A DNA stretch of 64,000 nucleotides from a virus (taxonomy: Duplodnaviria; Caudoviricetes): positions 11,824 through 75,823 of the IMG/VR virus record IMGVR_UViG_3300031902_000003; one strand, written 5' to 3'. Under the pieces are notes generated by a model. That model was not told where the DNA came from, made no database searches, and saw nothing but the letters and a program-made list of their open reading frames with translations. Below, one piece after another: positions 45,546 to 53,064 of the stretch (within the stretch, counting starts at the first letter, position 1; each line of letters starts with the position of its first letter). The translations under genes were made by a program, and so were the position numbers.

Positions 45546-45764
45546 ATGTCAAGATTCCTGGTGACGGCAGTGTCTAGCGATTGTGTGAGCAACACTGTGC
45601 ATGAATGGGAAGTGAAAGCTGACCGTCACCAGGATGTTGTCATGTCTGATTACAAAAAAGTTCAGATGGCGAATTTCGTTATTGTCAGTAACATTCTCAC
45701 GGGCGAGACTTGGTTAATCAAGAATCGCTTTGGCGCAACTGGTAAAGTTGTGGAGGATCGATGA
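45546..45764 (+). CDS. Hypothetical protein
   Basis: Operon ORF. Confidence 0.55.
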   Translation: MSRFLVTAVSSDCVSNTVHEWEVKADRHQDVVMSDYKKVQMANFVIVSNILTGETWLIKNRFGATGKVVEDR

Positions 45765-45952
45765 AAGTTTACGCTCTCGAACTGCAAGAACCGTATGAAA
45801 ATTCAGTGATCGAAGAAGTCTTCGAGACGTATGAAGATGCCGAAGCTGCACGTCTCAAGATGCGACCCAGGAAGAATTGGTATGTGCAGGAGTATGATGT
45901 CACACCTGCTTCCTCGGTCACCCAGGTCACACCAGGAAGTGACGAGGGTTAA
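45761..45952 (+). CDS. Hypothetical protein
   Basis: ATGA overlap; 3' end runs into repeat copy 3. Confidence 0.6.
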   Translation: MKVYALELQEPYENSVIEEVFETYEDAEAARLKMRPRKNWYVQEYDVTPASSVTQVTPGSDEG

Positions 45953-46006
45953 AGGATGATAGAATATGTGTCTGATTTATCTCGTCACTTCTGAGGGTCA
46001 CTGGCT
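45936..46006. repeat. Dispersed inverted-repeat element, copy 3
   Basis: GAAGTGACGAG-34 nt-CTCGTCACTTC (perfect 11-bp IR) then TGAGGGTCACTGGCT. Confidence 0.75.
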
Positions 46007-46116
46007 GATGACAAAGATTTGGCGGAGTTCCAGATAATCTTCCGCATGTTTGGCCTGTGAAATAGTTCTGGTTCTATAGAAGTTAACCAGATGGTGGAGG
46101 CGGCAGTTGGAAAAGC

Positions 46117-46153
46117 AAAGAGGCTGGGAGGATTGGTTACCCTCCCAGCCTTT
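46117..46153. terminator. Bidirectional intrinsic terminator at a convergent junction
   Basis: AGGCTGGGAGG/CCTCCCAGCCT 11-bp stem with A-rich 5' and T-rich 3' flanks. Confidence 0.75.
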
Positions 46154-46252
46154 AGTTTTGTAAAAAGAGTGAAGAATTAAAACAGAGTCTTCTTGGCCTG
46201 CTTGGTCGCTGCTCATTTTCCTTGATGACGATGTATGGGTACATGATTTCCT

Positions 46253-46576
46253 TTAGAGACCGTACAGCGGGTGAGCAGGGAGAAAAAAATGAATTTGATT
46301 CCAACCAATGCACCTCGGCGAACTGAGACGTGAATAACTGAACTGGTAGTGACCACGAGCCAGCTTCTTGATCGACCCGTGTTTTAACTGAGCCTTGAGA
46401 GCCCGCCCAGCCTGCTGAGACACAGCGTCCTTCTGGTTTCTCCAGGCAGCTCCAGGAGAGATCGAAATCCAAGCGTTCATCCAATCCTTCCATTTGAACA
46501 TGAGGTCACGAGACTTGGAGAGATCGCGAACGGTGATGTAAACCTCTTCGGCGACAAAAAGCTTCTTGGTCTTCAA
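46253..46576 (-). CDS. Hypothetical protein
   Basis: Part of the minus-strand early operon. Confidence 0.55.
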   Translation of the reverse strand: MKTKKLFVAEEVYITVRDLSKSRDLMFKWKDWMNAWISISPGAAWRNQKDAVSQQAGRALKAQLKHGSIKKLARGHYQFSYSRLSSPRCIGWNQIHFFLPAHPLYGL

Positions 46577-46758
46577 ATGTATTCTCCTGTCACAATCATG
46601 TTGTTGATCTCGATCTCCGTGTGAACAGCAATCCGGACAGCCTTTTGAATTGCTGCCTTGATGTCTTTATCTGACAACAATTGTCCAACGTAATCGCTAC
46701 CGCCAATGAGAGTCGCTGCGATCTTTGCAATCTCCAAAGCCTTGTTTGAAACGCTCAT
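46573..46758 (-). CDS. Hypothetical protein
   Basis: Overlapping start/stop. Confidence 0.6.
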   Translation of the reverse strand: MSVSNKALEIAKIAATLIGGSDYVGQLLSDKDIKAAIQKAVRIAVHTEIEINNMIVTGEYI

Positions 46759-46961
46759 GACTCCATGACCTCACTGATTGTTTTGTGGTGACACCAGATT
46801 CGCCAGCCGGACTCCAGTTGAGCTTCGGCTTTAAAGTAACATGCCTCCCAGGTCTCAGCTTCAACTTCAAAGAAGACGCACTGAATCTCTGTGGGCTTCT
46901 CAGGTTTCTGCTTGAAATTGCTGGCGTGAAAAGTCCATCTCATTGTCTGCCTCGTCAGCAA
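46755..46961 (-). CDS. Hypothetical protein
   Basis: Overlapping start/stop. Confidence 0.55.
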   Translation of the reverse strand: MLTRQTMRWTFHASNFKQKPEKPTEIQCVFFEVEAETWEACYFKAEAQLESGWRIWCHHKTISEVMES

Positions 46962-47019
46962 GAGGGGAACAAGTCCTCTTGGACTCCCGGTGTTCTGGGA
47001 GTTTCGGCTGTTCTACAAT

Positions 47020-47547
47020 CTACTCGGAGGCCTGAGCCAAGGTCTTCGAAGAGACCGACATGCCCTTCTCCGCAGCCACCTTCTTGATGAGTTCCAAACG
47101 GTCAGCGATCGTCTGAGTCGTGGGAGCGGGAGCCTGAGGAGTACCCCAAGTCTTCTTCGCACCCTTCTCCTTCTTGGCCTTGGGAGCCTTCGGGGCCTTC
47201 TCGACCGCGGTGAGCTGCTTCATCGCCACCAGAACATTCCGGAAGGTGATGATCTGCTCGTCGGGAGTCCCTTCGAGGTTCATCATCTGGGTAACCTGAC
47301 CAAACTTCCCGAGGCGGTGAGGAACGGCCAGAGAACCAGTCGCCTCCCAGCCAGACAGGTCAACCCGGCGGACGCTCTTGGTGGCCGCCACGTAGACCCG
47401 ACGACCCTTGGCCGCTTCAACCTTGAGGAAGCCGGACTGCTCGGTGAAGGTGAGGTCCAGTTCCTTGATCACAGCCTCGTACTGATCACGGGTGGCGAAC
47501 TTCGGGGCAACCTCAACGGCGGGGACAGTCTCGGTGTTGGTGGTCAT
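47020..47547 (-). CDS. Uncharacterised early protein, paralog 2 of the SGFxKV/RxDLSG family
   Basis: QSGFLKV..KGRRVYVA..RVDLSGW; Lys/Ala/Pro-rich linker; start adjusted. Confidence 0.75.
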   Translation of the reverse strand: MTTNTETVPAVEVAPKFATRDQYEAVIKELDLTFTEQSGFLKVEAAKGRRVYVAATKSVRRVDLSGWEATGSLAVPHRLGKFGQVTQMMNLEGTPDEQIITFRNVLVAMKQLTAVEKAPKAPKAKKEKGAKKTWGTPQAPAPTTQTIADRLELIKKVAAEKGMSVSSKTLAQASE

Positions 47548-47615
47548 TGTTTTGTTTCCTTTGTTTTCTACTACGTTCACTTTTTCCAACCAGCCTCATT
47601 GCCGATTGTGAGACC

Positions 47616-47644
47616 ATTATACATCTTCTTCTATTCGAAGTACA
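47616..47644 (-). promoter_or_regulatory. Phage early promoter
   Basis: TGTACT-17 bp-TATAAT followed by GGTCTCACAAT on the minus strand. Confidence 0.8.
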
Positions 47645-47665
47645 CCTCTATTTTAGATTATTTGT

Positions 47666-48037
47666 CTAAAAAGGAATCTTCGAATCTTCCTGAACGAGGT
47701 TGACCAAATGCTGCTCGATCTCGTAGAGCCTGTTGAAGTCGCAGAACTTTTCCGCGACATTTTTGGCTTCCTTCAGACCGAGACCCAGGCGAGCCCGAAG
47801 AACCCTGATCGCCTCGACCTTCTTTCCAGAAAGAGCCAGATCCATCCACTCGCCAGGCTCGCCACGACCCCATGCCGGGGAGCTGTTCGAAAGAGGAGCA
47901 GGTGCAGCAGGCACCGATTCAGGCTTGAACAGTCCCAGTCCGATCATCTCAGTAACAAGGTTTAACACATCGGCTTCGGTCAACTCCAAAGTGTTGCCGT
48001 TGAAGTTCTCGACAATGAATCGCTTGACAATGGTCAT
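47666..48037 (-). CDS. Protein with ribosomal bL12 (L7/L12) C-terminal-like domain
   Basis: KKVEAIRVLRARLGLGLKEAKNVAE matches the bL12 CTD KIxxIKxVRxxTGLGLKEAK motif; SD AAGGAG. Confidence 0.75.
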   Translation of the reverse strand: MTIVKRFIVENFNGNTLELTEADVLNLVTEMIGLGLFKPESVPAAPAPLSNSSPAWGRGEPGEWMDLALSGKKVEAIRVLRARLGLGLKEAKNVAEKFCDFNRLYEIEQHLVNLVQEDSKIPF

Positions 48038-48145
48038 CTTGTATTTCTCCTTTACACCGGGTAAACAACCAAACATCTAAAACAAGAGGAGGAGAAGACT
48101 CGACTCTTCTCCGACCGGCCTGGTTACCGGTCTCCCCGAACTTCT

Positions 48146-48460
48146 TTACTCGTGGCCGAAATAGAGGTGATCATGAGGAAACTTGCTTTCTTTGTCCTGG
48201 TCACCCTCGAGGGGCGGAGAGAAGCTCATCATTTCTTGGTAGGAAAGGTCCAACTGCCTCTCTTCTTCATCGCCGAGAGCCTCGAGGTGACTCTGGTCAA
48301 TGCTAGCACGGTTCTTCAACCAGAGATCGTGGTCCAGAGCTTCGGAGAACTGGCATTCGAAATTCTGGCAATGAACGTAGGCAGGACCGTTCTCGGGATC
48401 ATTGCCGGGGTAAGACCTCTTCGTATCTTGAAGGCAGTAGAGGCAGAAAGTCTTGTTCAT
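48146..48460 (-). CDS. Hypothetical zinc-binding protein
   Basis: CLYC...HCQNFEC. Confidence 0.55.
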   Translation of the reverse strand: MNKTFCLYCLQDTKRSYPGNDPENGPAYVHCQNFECQFSEALDHDLWLKNRASIDQSHLEALGDEEERQLDLSYQEMMSFSPPLEGDQDKESKFPHDHLYFGHE

Positions 48461-48651
48461 GAATCCTCCAGAATTGATTTGATGTCCTGGCTGCGGGTGA
48501 AGAGCTTGGTGTGCATTGCCTCATTGCCAAGCTCTGAGTATTCGAATCCCTTGTTCCACATGACGATCCCGATGTCTCGAGCAATCATCTGGAAAGCTTT
48601 TTGGACTTCTTCGGGGAAAGGAGCTCCGTCTTCGTCTTTTAAAAGAATCAT
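48457..48651 (-). CDS. Hypothetical protein
   Basis: Start adjusted to MILLKDED. Confidence 0.55.
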   Translation of the reverse strand: MILLKDEDGAPFPEEVQKAFQMIARDIGIVMWNKGFEYSELGNEAMHTKLFTRSQDIKSILEDS

Positions 48652-48911
48652 GTTCTTAGTTTCTCCGGGAGATGAAATAGAAAACAACCTCGATGACAAC
48701 CTGAAGAAGACCCCAGACTCCGACAGTGATACCCAACCCTGCGAAAGAAATGATCAAGAAGGTTTCCAAGTGAAGAAGTATTATACAACAAAGGGTGACG
48801 CGGTGGAAGGAGAAAGAAGAATTATTTGCTTTCAGGGAGACTCTTTTCGACCACAGAGGGGGCAGGAAGAACAAACCTGAATACCCTTAACTCGCTTATA
48901 GATAACCATTA

Positions 48912-49109
48912 CTACGAAGAGGATAAGCGAGTAGCTGCACATAGGGTATACAAAGTCTCCTGAGCAAAGAGTGGAATTACTATATCAGGATCTCCCGCGC
49001 GAGTAAAGGAGAAGGGGCTTTCTAAGAATAGAAGAGTTGCCAGGCCCTCGTTCCTCTTTTCTAAGCTTAGACGTGCTCCCCTTTTGTTATTCGTTATAAT
49101 GGCTTGCAT
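48912..49109 (-). CDS. Hypothetical protein
   Basis: ATG lies a few nt downstream of minihelix A. Confidence 0.5.
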   Translation of the reverse strand: MQAIITNNKRGARLSLEKRNEGLATLLFLESPFSFTRAGDPDIVIPLFAQETLYTLCAATRLSSS

Positions 49110-49113
49110 CGTA

Positions 49114-49154
49114 AGAGCCGGTCTGGAGTCGAACCAGACATGTTCCGACGGCCC
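49114..49154 (-). ncRNA. Anticodon-less tRNA-like minihelix A
   Basis: GGGCCG-TCGGAACAT-GTCTGG-TTCGACT-CCAGAC-CGGCTC-T: 6-bp acceptor plus 6-bp T stem with canonical T-loop. Confidence 0.65.
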
Positions 49155-49162
49155 GTCTAAGC

Positions 49163-49375
49163 TTAGTCGACTGTTCTGGTTAGAAAGAAGCTTCGAACTG
49201 CCAGTTCTCCAGTTGCGGCAGAGAGGATCAACCCTGCGAAGTGGGCTGCCTGCTCGGTGGTAAGGTTAAGCTCGATCTCACCTCCCACGTTGATGATGAT
49301 TCGGAGTTCGCCTGACTGTTCGTCGACCTCTTGCTTTACCAAACAGTGGGCTGGGACAGTCATTGTGATATCCAT
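49163..49375 (-). CDS. Hypothetical protein
   Basis: TAATG overlap with the upstream zinc-ribbon ORF. Confidence 0.55.
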   Translation of the reverse strand: MDITMTVPAHCLVKQEVDEQSGELRIIINVGGEIELNLTTEQAAHFAGLILSAATGELAVRSFFLTRTVD

Positions 49376-49509
49376 TACTTGCCCTTCCTGACCATCATGG
49401 CATTGCACTTGGGGCACCTCTTCGTGGTTGTTGGGGCGTAGGTGGTCGGTTCGACATTGCCGCAGTTGTGATTCACGCACTCGTAAGTCACGTTTGCCTC
49501 TTTTGCCAA
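49375..49509 (-). CDS. 44-aa zinc-ribbon protein (not in ORF track)
   Basis: TTG start; YECVNHNC...RCPKCN. Confidence 0.5.
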   Translation of the reverse strand: MAKEANVTYECVNHNCGNVEPTTYAPTTTKRCPKCNAMMVRKGK

Positions 49510-49662
49510 AAGTGGGAAGTTTTATCCGGCGCCAGGGTAACTTGTGCTGCTCTTTGTTCAATCCTTTCGAGGGGTTGGAGAGAGTGTATCTGAGCTTTAC
49601 ATTTCACCTATTCCCAAGAGTCGCGGAACAGGATATTAAGGGGTTGCAGAGAACAGACCAGG

Positions 49663-49938
49663 TCAGTACGGATCTTTGATGAACAGGTAGATCCGAGAAG
49701 AGGAGGTGATCCGCTCGTAGACCATGGTGTAGTCCTCTCCTTCCAGACTGTCCATCGCCTCGGAGACCCGGTCAAAAGAGTACCGAGTCTGTCCGTCTGG
49801 CATGAAGTGCGGAGAGTTCGGCTTCATCGACCCGTAGCAGACGGTGCACTTAGAGGCGCCGTTCCTATCGCGGTAGGATTCCGCAATGATCGTCGCGGTG
49901 AGAGGAAGGTTAGAGACAGGGTAGACAGGAAGAGGCAT
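49663..49938 (-). CDS. Hypothetical protein
   Basis: SD GGAG; GC-rich codons. Confidence 0.65.
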   Translation of the reverse strand: MPLPVYPVSNLPLTATIIAESYRDRNGASKCTVCYGSMKPNSPHFMPDGQTRYSFDRVSEAMDSLEGEDYTMVYERITSSSRIYLFIKDPY

Positions 49939-49986
49939 CAGGCAGATCTCCAGCTTTGAGGGGAGTTACCGCGGAGGATGAATCAA

Positions 49987-50029
49987 TGAGGCGGGGAGGA
50001 GTCGAACCTCCCGATGTTCCAGGCGCCTC
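49987..50029 (-). ncRNA. Anticodon-less tRNA-like minihelix B
   Basis: GAGGCG-CCTGGAACATC-GGGAGG-TTCGACT-CCTCCC-CGCCTC-A; same architecture and GGAACAT linker as minihelix A. Confidence 0.65.
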
Positions 50030-50046
50030 TACCGACCTACTCTTCT

Positions 50047-50562
50047 TCACTCCTCAGAGGCGAGGACCTGAATCTGGTGCGCCTTCTCTGCGCTCTTCTT
50101 CGCCATCACAGAGAGGAGAGCGTCGGTGGCCTTCTCGACCTCGTTCTTCTTGGAGACCTTGGTGCCCTTGGAGGGAGTGGCCTTCGGGGCGGGGGTGGGG
50201 GTGGGCTTAGCTTCCTTCAGGACCGGCACCGCCTTGGGCTTGGGCTCGACCGGGGCCAGGGTCTTGAGGGTCCGGAGGATTTCCACGAAGCGGCTGCCGA
50301 CTTCCTCCTCGGTCCCGGTCATGATCATCTGCTGCTTGACGGCCCCGAACACCCCGCAGTGGGGCTCCTGGGCGTGCGAGGAGTCGACCTCGAAGCCGGA
50401 GAGGTCGATGCGCCCGCACCGCTTGGTGGCCGCGATGTAGAGGCGCCGGCCCTTGACCGGCTCGACCTTGTGGAACCCGGACTGCGTGGTGTAGGTGAGG
50501 CCTTCGGCGTTCAGGATCGCGAGGAGAGAAGCGGTGTTCACGTAGGTGATGTCCTTCTTCAT
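50047..50562 (-). CDS. Uncharacterised early protein, paralog 3 of the SGFxKV/RxDLSG family
   Basis: QSGFHKV..KGRRLYIA..RIDLSGF; very GC-rich codons. Confidence 0.75.
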   Translation of the reverse strand: MKKDITYVNTASLLAILNAEGLTYTTQSGFHKVEPVKGRRLYIAATKRCGRIDLSGFEVDSSHAQEPHCGVFGAVKQQMIMTGTEEEVGSRFVEILRTLKTLAPVEPKPKAVPVLKEAKPTPTPAPKATPSKGTKVSKKNEVEKATDALLSVMAKKSAEKAHQIQVLASEE

Positions 50563-50568
50563 ATTGTG

Positions 50569-50581
50569 TAACCCCTTGATT
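50569..50581 (-). promoter_or_regulatory. IHF consensus site
   Basis: AATCAAGGGGTTA on the minus strand matches WATCAANNNNTTR. Confidence 0.55.
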
Positions 50582-50636
50582 TTCCTTACTGCGTTTATAA
50601 TCTCCGGAGCACCATTGCTCCCTCGATTATGAAACC

Positions 50637-50665
50637 ATTATAATCGGAGTGAGAGTGAATGTACA
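50637..50665 (-). promoter_or_regulatory. Phage early promoter
   Basis: TGTACA-17 bp-TATAAT followed by GGTTTCATAAT on the minus strand. Confidence 0.8.
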
Positions 50666-50694
50666 CTCGAGGGAAAAAATAAATTCATTAATGA

Positions 50695-50707
50695 TATCAA
50701 GGAGTTA
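50695..50707 (+). promoter_or_regulatory. IHF consensus site
   Basis: TATCAAGGAGTTA matches WATCAANNNNTTR, with an upstream A/T tract. Confidence 0.55.
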
Positions 50708-50922
50708 GGTGCTGCGGTGATTCCTATATGCACAGGAGCACCTGGTATACCTGGCACCGGGGTGCATATGGGTTCATAATAAAATCATGGACTTAGAGGC
50801 CCGCTTAGCTCTCACTCAAGATTCGAGGCTACTTTTCCCAATGAACTTCGTTTCATGCAACCCTATGATTTTCCTGGAGAACCTGGCCTCAAAAATTTCC
50901 GGAGAAAAATTATGTAATAGAT

Positions 50923-50951
50923 TTCACATCTTGAAAATTCTGTGTTATAAT
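50923..50951 (+). promoter_or_regulatory. Phage early promoter, leaderless start at 50958
   Basis: TTCACA-TCTTGAA...-TATAAT; ATG 6 nt downstream. Confidence 0.8.
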
Positions 50952-50957
50952 GAAAGC

Positions 50958-51272
50958 ATGACAAAATGTAAATTTAGAGCTGAGTGTGAACGTCTTATCT
51001 TGCGTGATGAATTTCTAGATCTGCATTGCAATCATCCCTGTGTGCTCACTGGATATCATCGTTACTGTAGATGTGCTAAGCATCAACGTGAAACTGAGAG
51101 AAAAAGAAATAAGCCAGTAAAGCCAGGCTGGAAACCCAAGAAGCAAAAGAGTTCAACGATTCTAAATCTTGAAGAAAAAAAGAAAGACTTAGAATCTAAA
51201 CTTGACATCTTGAATAAGATCATCAAGGTTCAAACGTGGTTTGAAAAGTATTCAAAGAAAGGTTCGAAATGA
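50958..51272 (+). CDS. Cys/His zinc-finger protein
   Basis: CNHPCV...H..CRCAKH; start adjusted to the leaderless ATG. Confidence 0.65.
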   Translation: MTKCKFRAECERLILRDEFLDLHCNHPCVLTGYHRYCRCAKHQRETERKRNKPVKPGWKPKKQKSSTILNLEEKKKDLESKLDILNKIIKVQTWFEKYSKKGSK

Positions 51273-52384
51273 AGAAGACAAAGAAGTGCCGGCATCATTG
51301 TTCAAGATTCTCTAGAAACAAATCTGGTAATATGATCTGGTGTGGCGAGCCATGCGTTCGAACTGAGTCAGAACATTTTCTTGACTGTCATGACGAGGGA
51401 GCCGAATTGTTCTGTCGTTGTGCTAAGCATGAAGCTGAGGTCCAGAAAAAGAGAGATAAGAGATTACTCGAGAAGAAGATCGGCAAGTTCATCTCTACGT
51501 CTCCATCTGGTTATCCTATGATTTGCTCCAGCTGTTCTGAGCTTCCCGCCTATTGCTATTGTCAAGCTGAGGTGCCCCTCGAGAGCCCACCGTCACCGCT
51601 AACCTTGCCTAACTTAGGAGATAAGTATGCAAAGTCAAATGTGTCTCCGAAGACCACGGAGGAGATGGACGAGGCCGTCGCTGATTTCTTTAATAACGCT
51701 GCTCTGAAGGAAGAATCTATTGATGAGGATGATGAGCGGTTTGATAATCAATATCTAAAAGAAGATAATGCTGTCGCTCGGGAGCCGCGAGGTGTTTCTC
51801 TCTGGAATCTAAGAGCTCCAGGAGCCATCGAAAAGAAACTTGAGGTGAACTTTAAAGTCCAGAAGAATCGAGCTCCTCTTGTCATGAGGCAATATACAGA
51901 TTCTTTTGTTCTTCCAGTTGGAGAAACTATTAAGCGGACGGACTTTTATTTTGAAGATAGAGATCTCGGAATTGTCAAGATTGCAAGAGATCTTCAGATG
52001 GATGGTTCAAGAGTTCAACACTGGTCTCCGCAATGGAGAAGACCGATTGGAATGTTGACTGAAGAACAAGTTGAAGAATCTTTTGAAAAGGTAAAGGAAA
52101 CTGATAAAATCGTTTCCGTTAAGCATTCATCTCCAGAAATTTCTTCAACTCAGAAGCTTGAAAGCTTTGAAATCATGAGCCATCGAATTGAACCCACTTG
52201 TGGTGAGTACATGGGACAAGCTGAAGAGATTTATATTATAACGATCATGTGCAAGAATAGAGTTCGAGACATTGAGGTTTCAAAAGAATCTTATAACAAG
52301 ATTCGAGATGCAATTTCTGGACTTCCACTTTTTGATCGAAGAGATAAGAGAGTTTACATTGGCATGCACTTGGAGGTTAAATGA
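51269..52384 (+). CDS. Hypothetical protein with an N-terminal Cys/His domain
   Basis: CGEPCV...FCRCAKH shared with the upstream gene. Confidence 0.65.
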   Translation: MKKTKKCRHHCSRFSRNKSGNMIWCGEPCVRTESEHFLDCHDEGAELFCRCAKHEAEVQKKRDKRLLEKKIGKFISTSPSGYPMICSSCSELPAYCYCQAEVPLESPPSPLTLPNLGDKYAKSNVSPKTTEEMDEAVADFFNNAALKEESIDEDDERFDNQYLKEDNAVAREPRGVSLWNLRAPGAIEKKLEVNFKVQKNRAPLVMRQYTDSFVLPVGETIKRTDFYFEDRDLGIVKIARDLQMDGSRVQHWSPQWRRPIGMLTEEQVEESFEKVKETDKIVSVKHSSPEISSTQKLESFEIMSHRIEPTCGEYMGQAEEIYIITIMCKNRVRDIEVSKESYNKIRDAISGLPLFDRRDKRVYIGMHLEVK

Positions 52385-52602
52385 TTGATTTTCTAACTCG
52401 CTTTCTAAAAATTCTGATTATTCCAATTTTCGGTCTTATATGTGGTCTTATCGGATTGATTCTTGTTTCGTTGGTCGAAATCTTGTCTAAGACTCAGGCT
52501 CCTGTTGAAGCATATGGATGGGTAACTGGTGCGATGACCATGGTTGGATTTTTGTTTTCGACAACTTTTATCTTAAATGAAGAAACTAATGGGAGGTGGT
52601 AA
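52381..52602 (+). CDS. Membrane protein (2 TM)
   Basis: Two hydrophobic helices; SD GGAGG. Confidence 0.65.
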   Translation: MIDFLTRFLKILIIPIFGLICGLIGLILVSLVEILSKTQAPVEAYGWVTGAMTMVGFLFSTTFILNEETNGRW

Positions 52603-52847
52603 TGTCATACGCAAGATTCTCAGAAGGAGATGTCTACGTATTTCGAGACGGACAGACGGCTCTTCTTACATGTATGCAATGCAGACTATCAGAAACAGAT
52701 TCTCATCAAATGCGCAGAGATTTCTTTGCTGACTCAGAATATGATATGATGATGCATCTTAAAAGACATCGAGAAGTTGGTCACAATGTTCCTCAAGAAG
52801 CAATAGATCGTCTTAAGCGAGAAATGGTCGGGTGGTCTAATGACTAG
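52596..52847 (+). CDS. Hypothetical protein
   Basis: MSYARFS..DVYVF...CMQC...HLKRHREVGHNVP. Confidence 0.7.
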   Translation: MVMSYARFSEGDVYVFRDGQTALLTCMQCRLSETDSHQMRRDFFADSEYDMMMHLKRHREVGHNVPQEAIDRLKREMVGWSND

Positions 52848-53064
52848 TGAAGAAATCATGAAGTACGTCAAGGAAGAATTAAAGAGTGTCACTGGCAAGC
52901 CAGTCTTTGATCCAGAGACTGAAGAGGAAGCCATACAAAGAATTTCCCAGTGTCTTTATAACTTGAGCGTTACCCACGATACGAAAGTTGAGATCTCAGA
53001 CGCTAAGATGAGTGGATCTCTCTTCACTGCAACTCTTCGTATAAAATACATTGGAGATGAGTGA
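52840..53064 (+). CDS. Hypothetical protein
   Basis: Overlapping operon ORF. Confidence 0.6.
   Translation: MTSEEIMKYVKEELKSVTGKPVFDPETEEEAIQRISQCLYNLSVTHDTKVEISDAKMSGSLFTATLRIKYIGDE

Noticed and set aside
34119-46006. CRISPR array from the 33-bp repeats
   Set aside because: Copies are kilobases apart, not regularly spaced, and there are no cas genes.
49060-49166. Operator pair from two CTAAGCTTAG palindromes
   Set aside because: One lies inside an ORF and there is no consistent position relative to promoters; insufficient support.
52884-52896. Fourth copy of the dispersed repeat (GAGTGTCACTGGC)
   Set aside because: Only a 13-nt match inside a coding region, without the inverted arm; plausible by chance.
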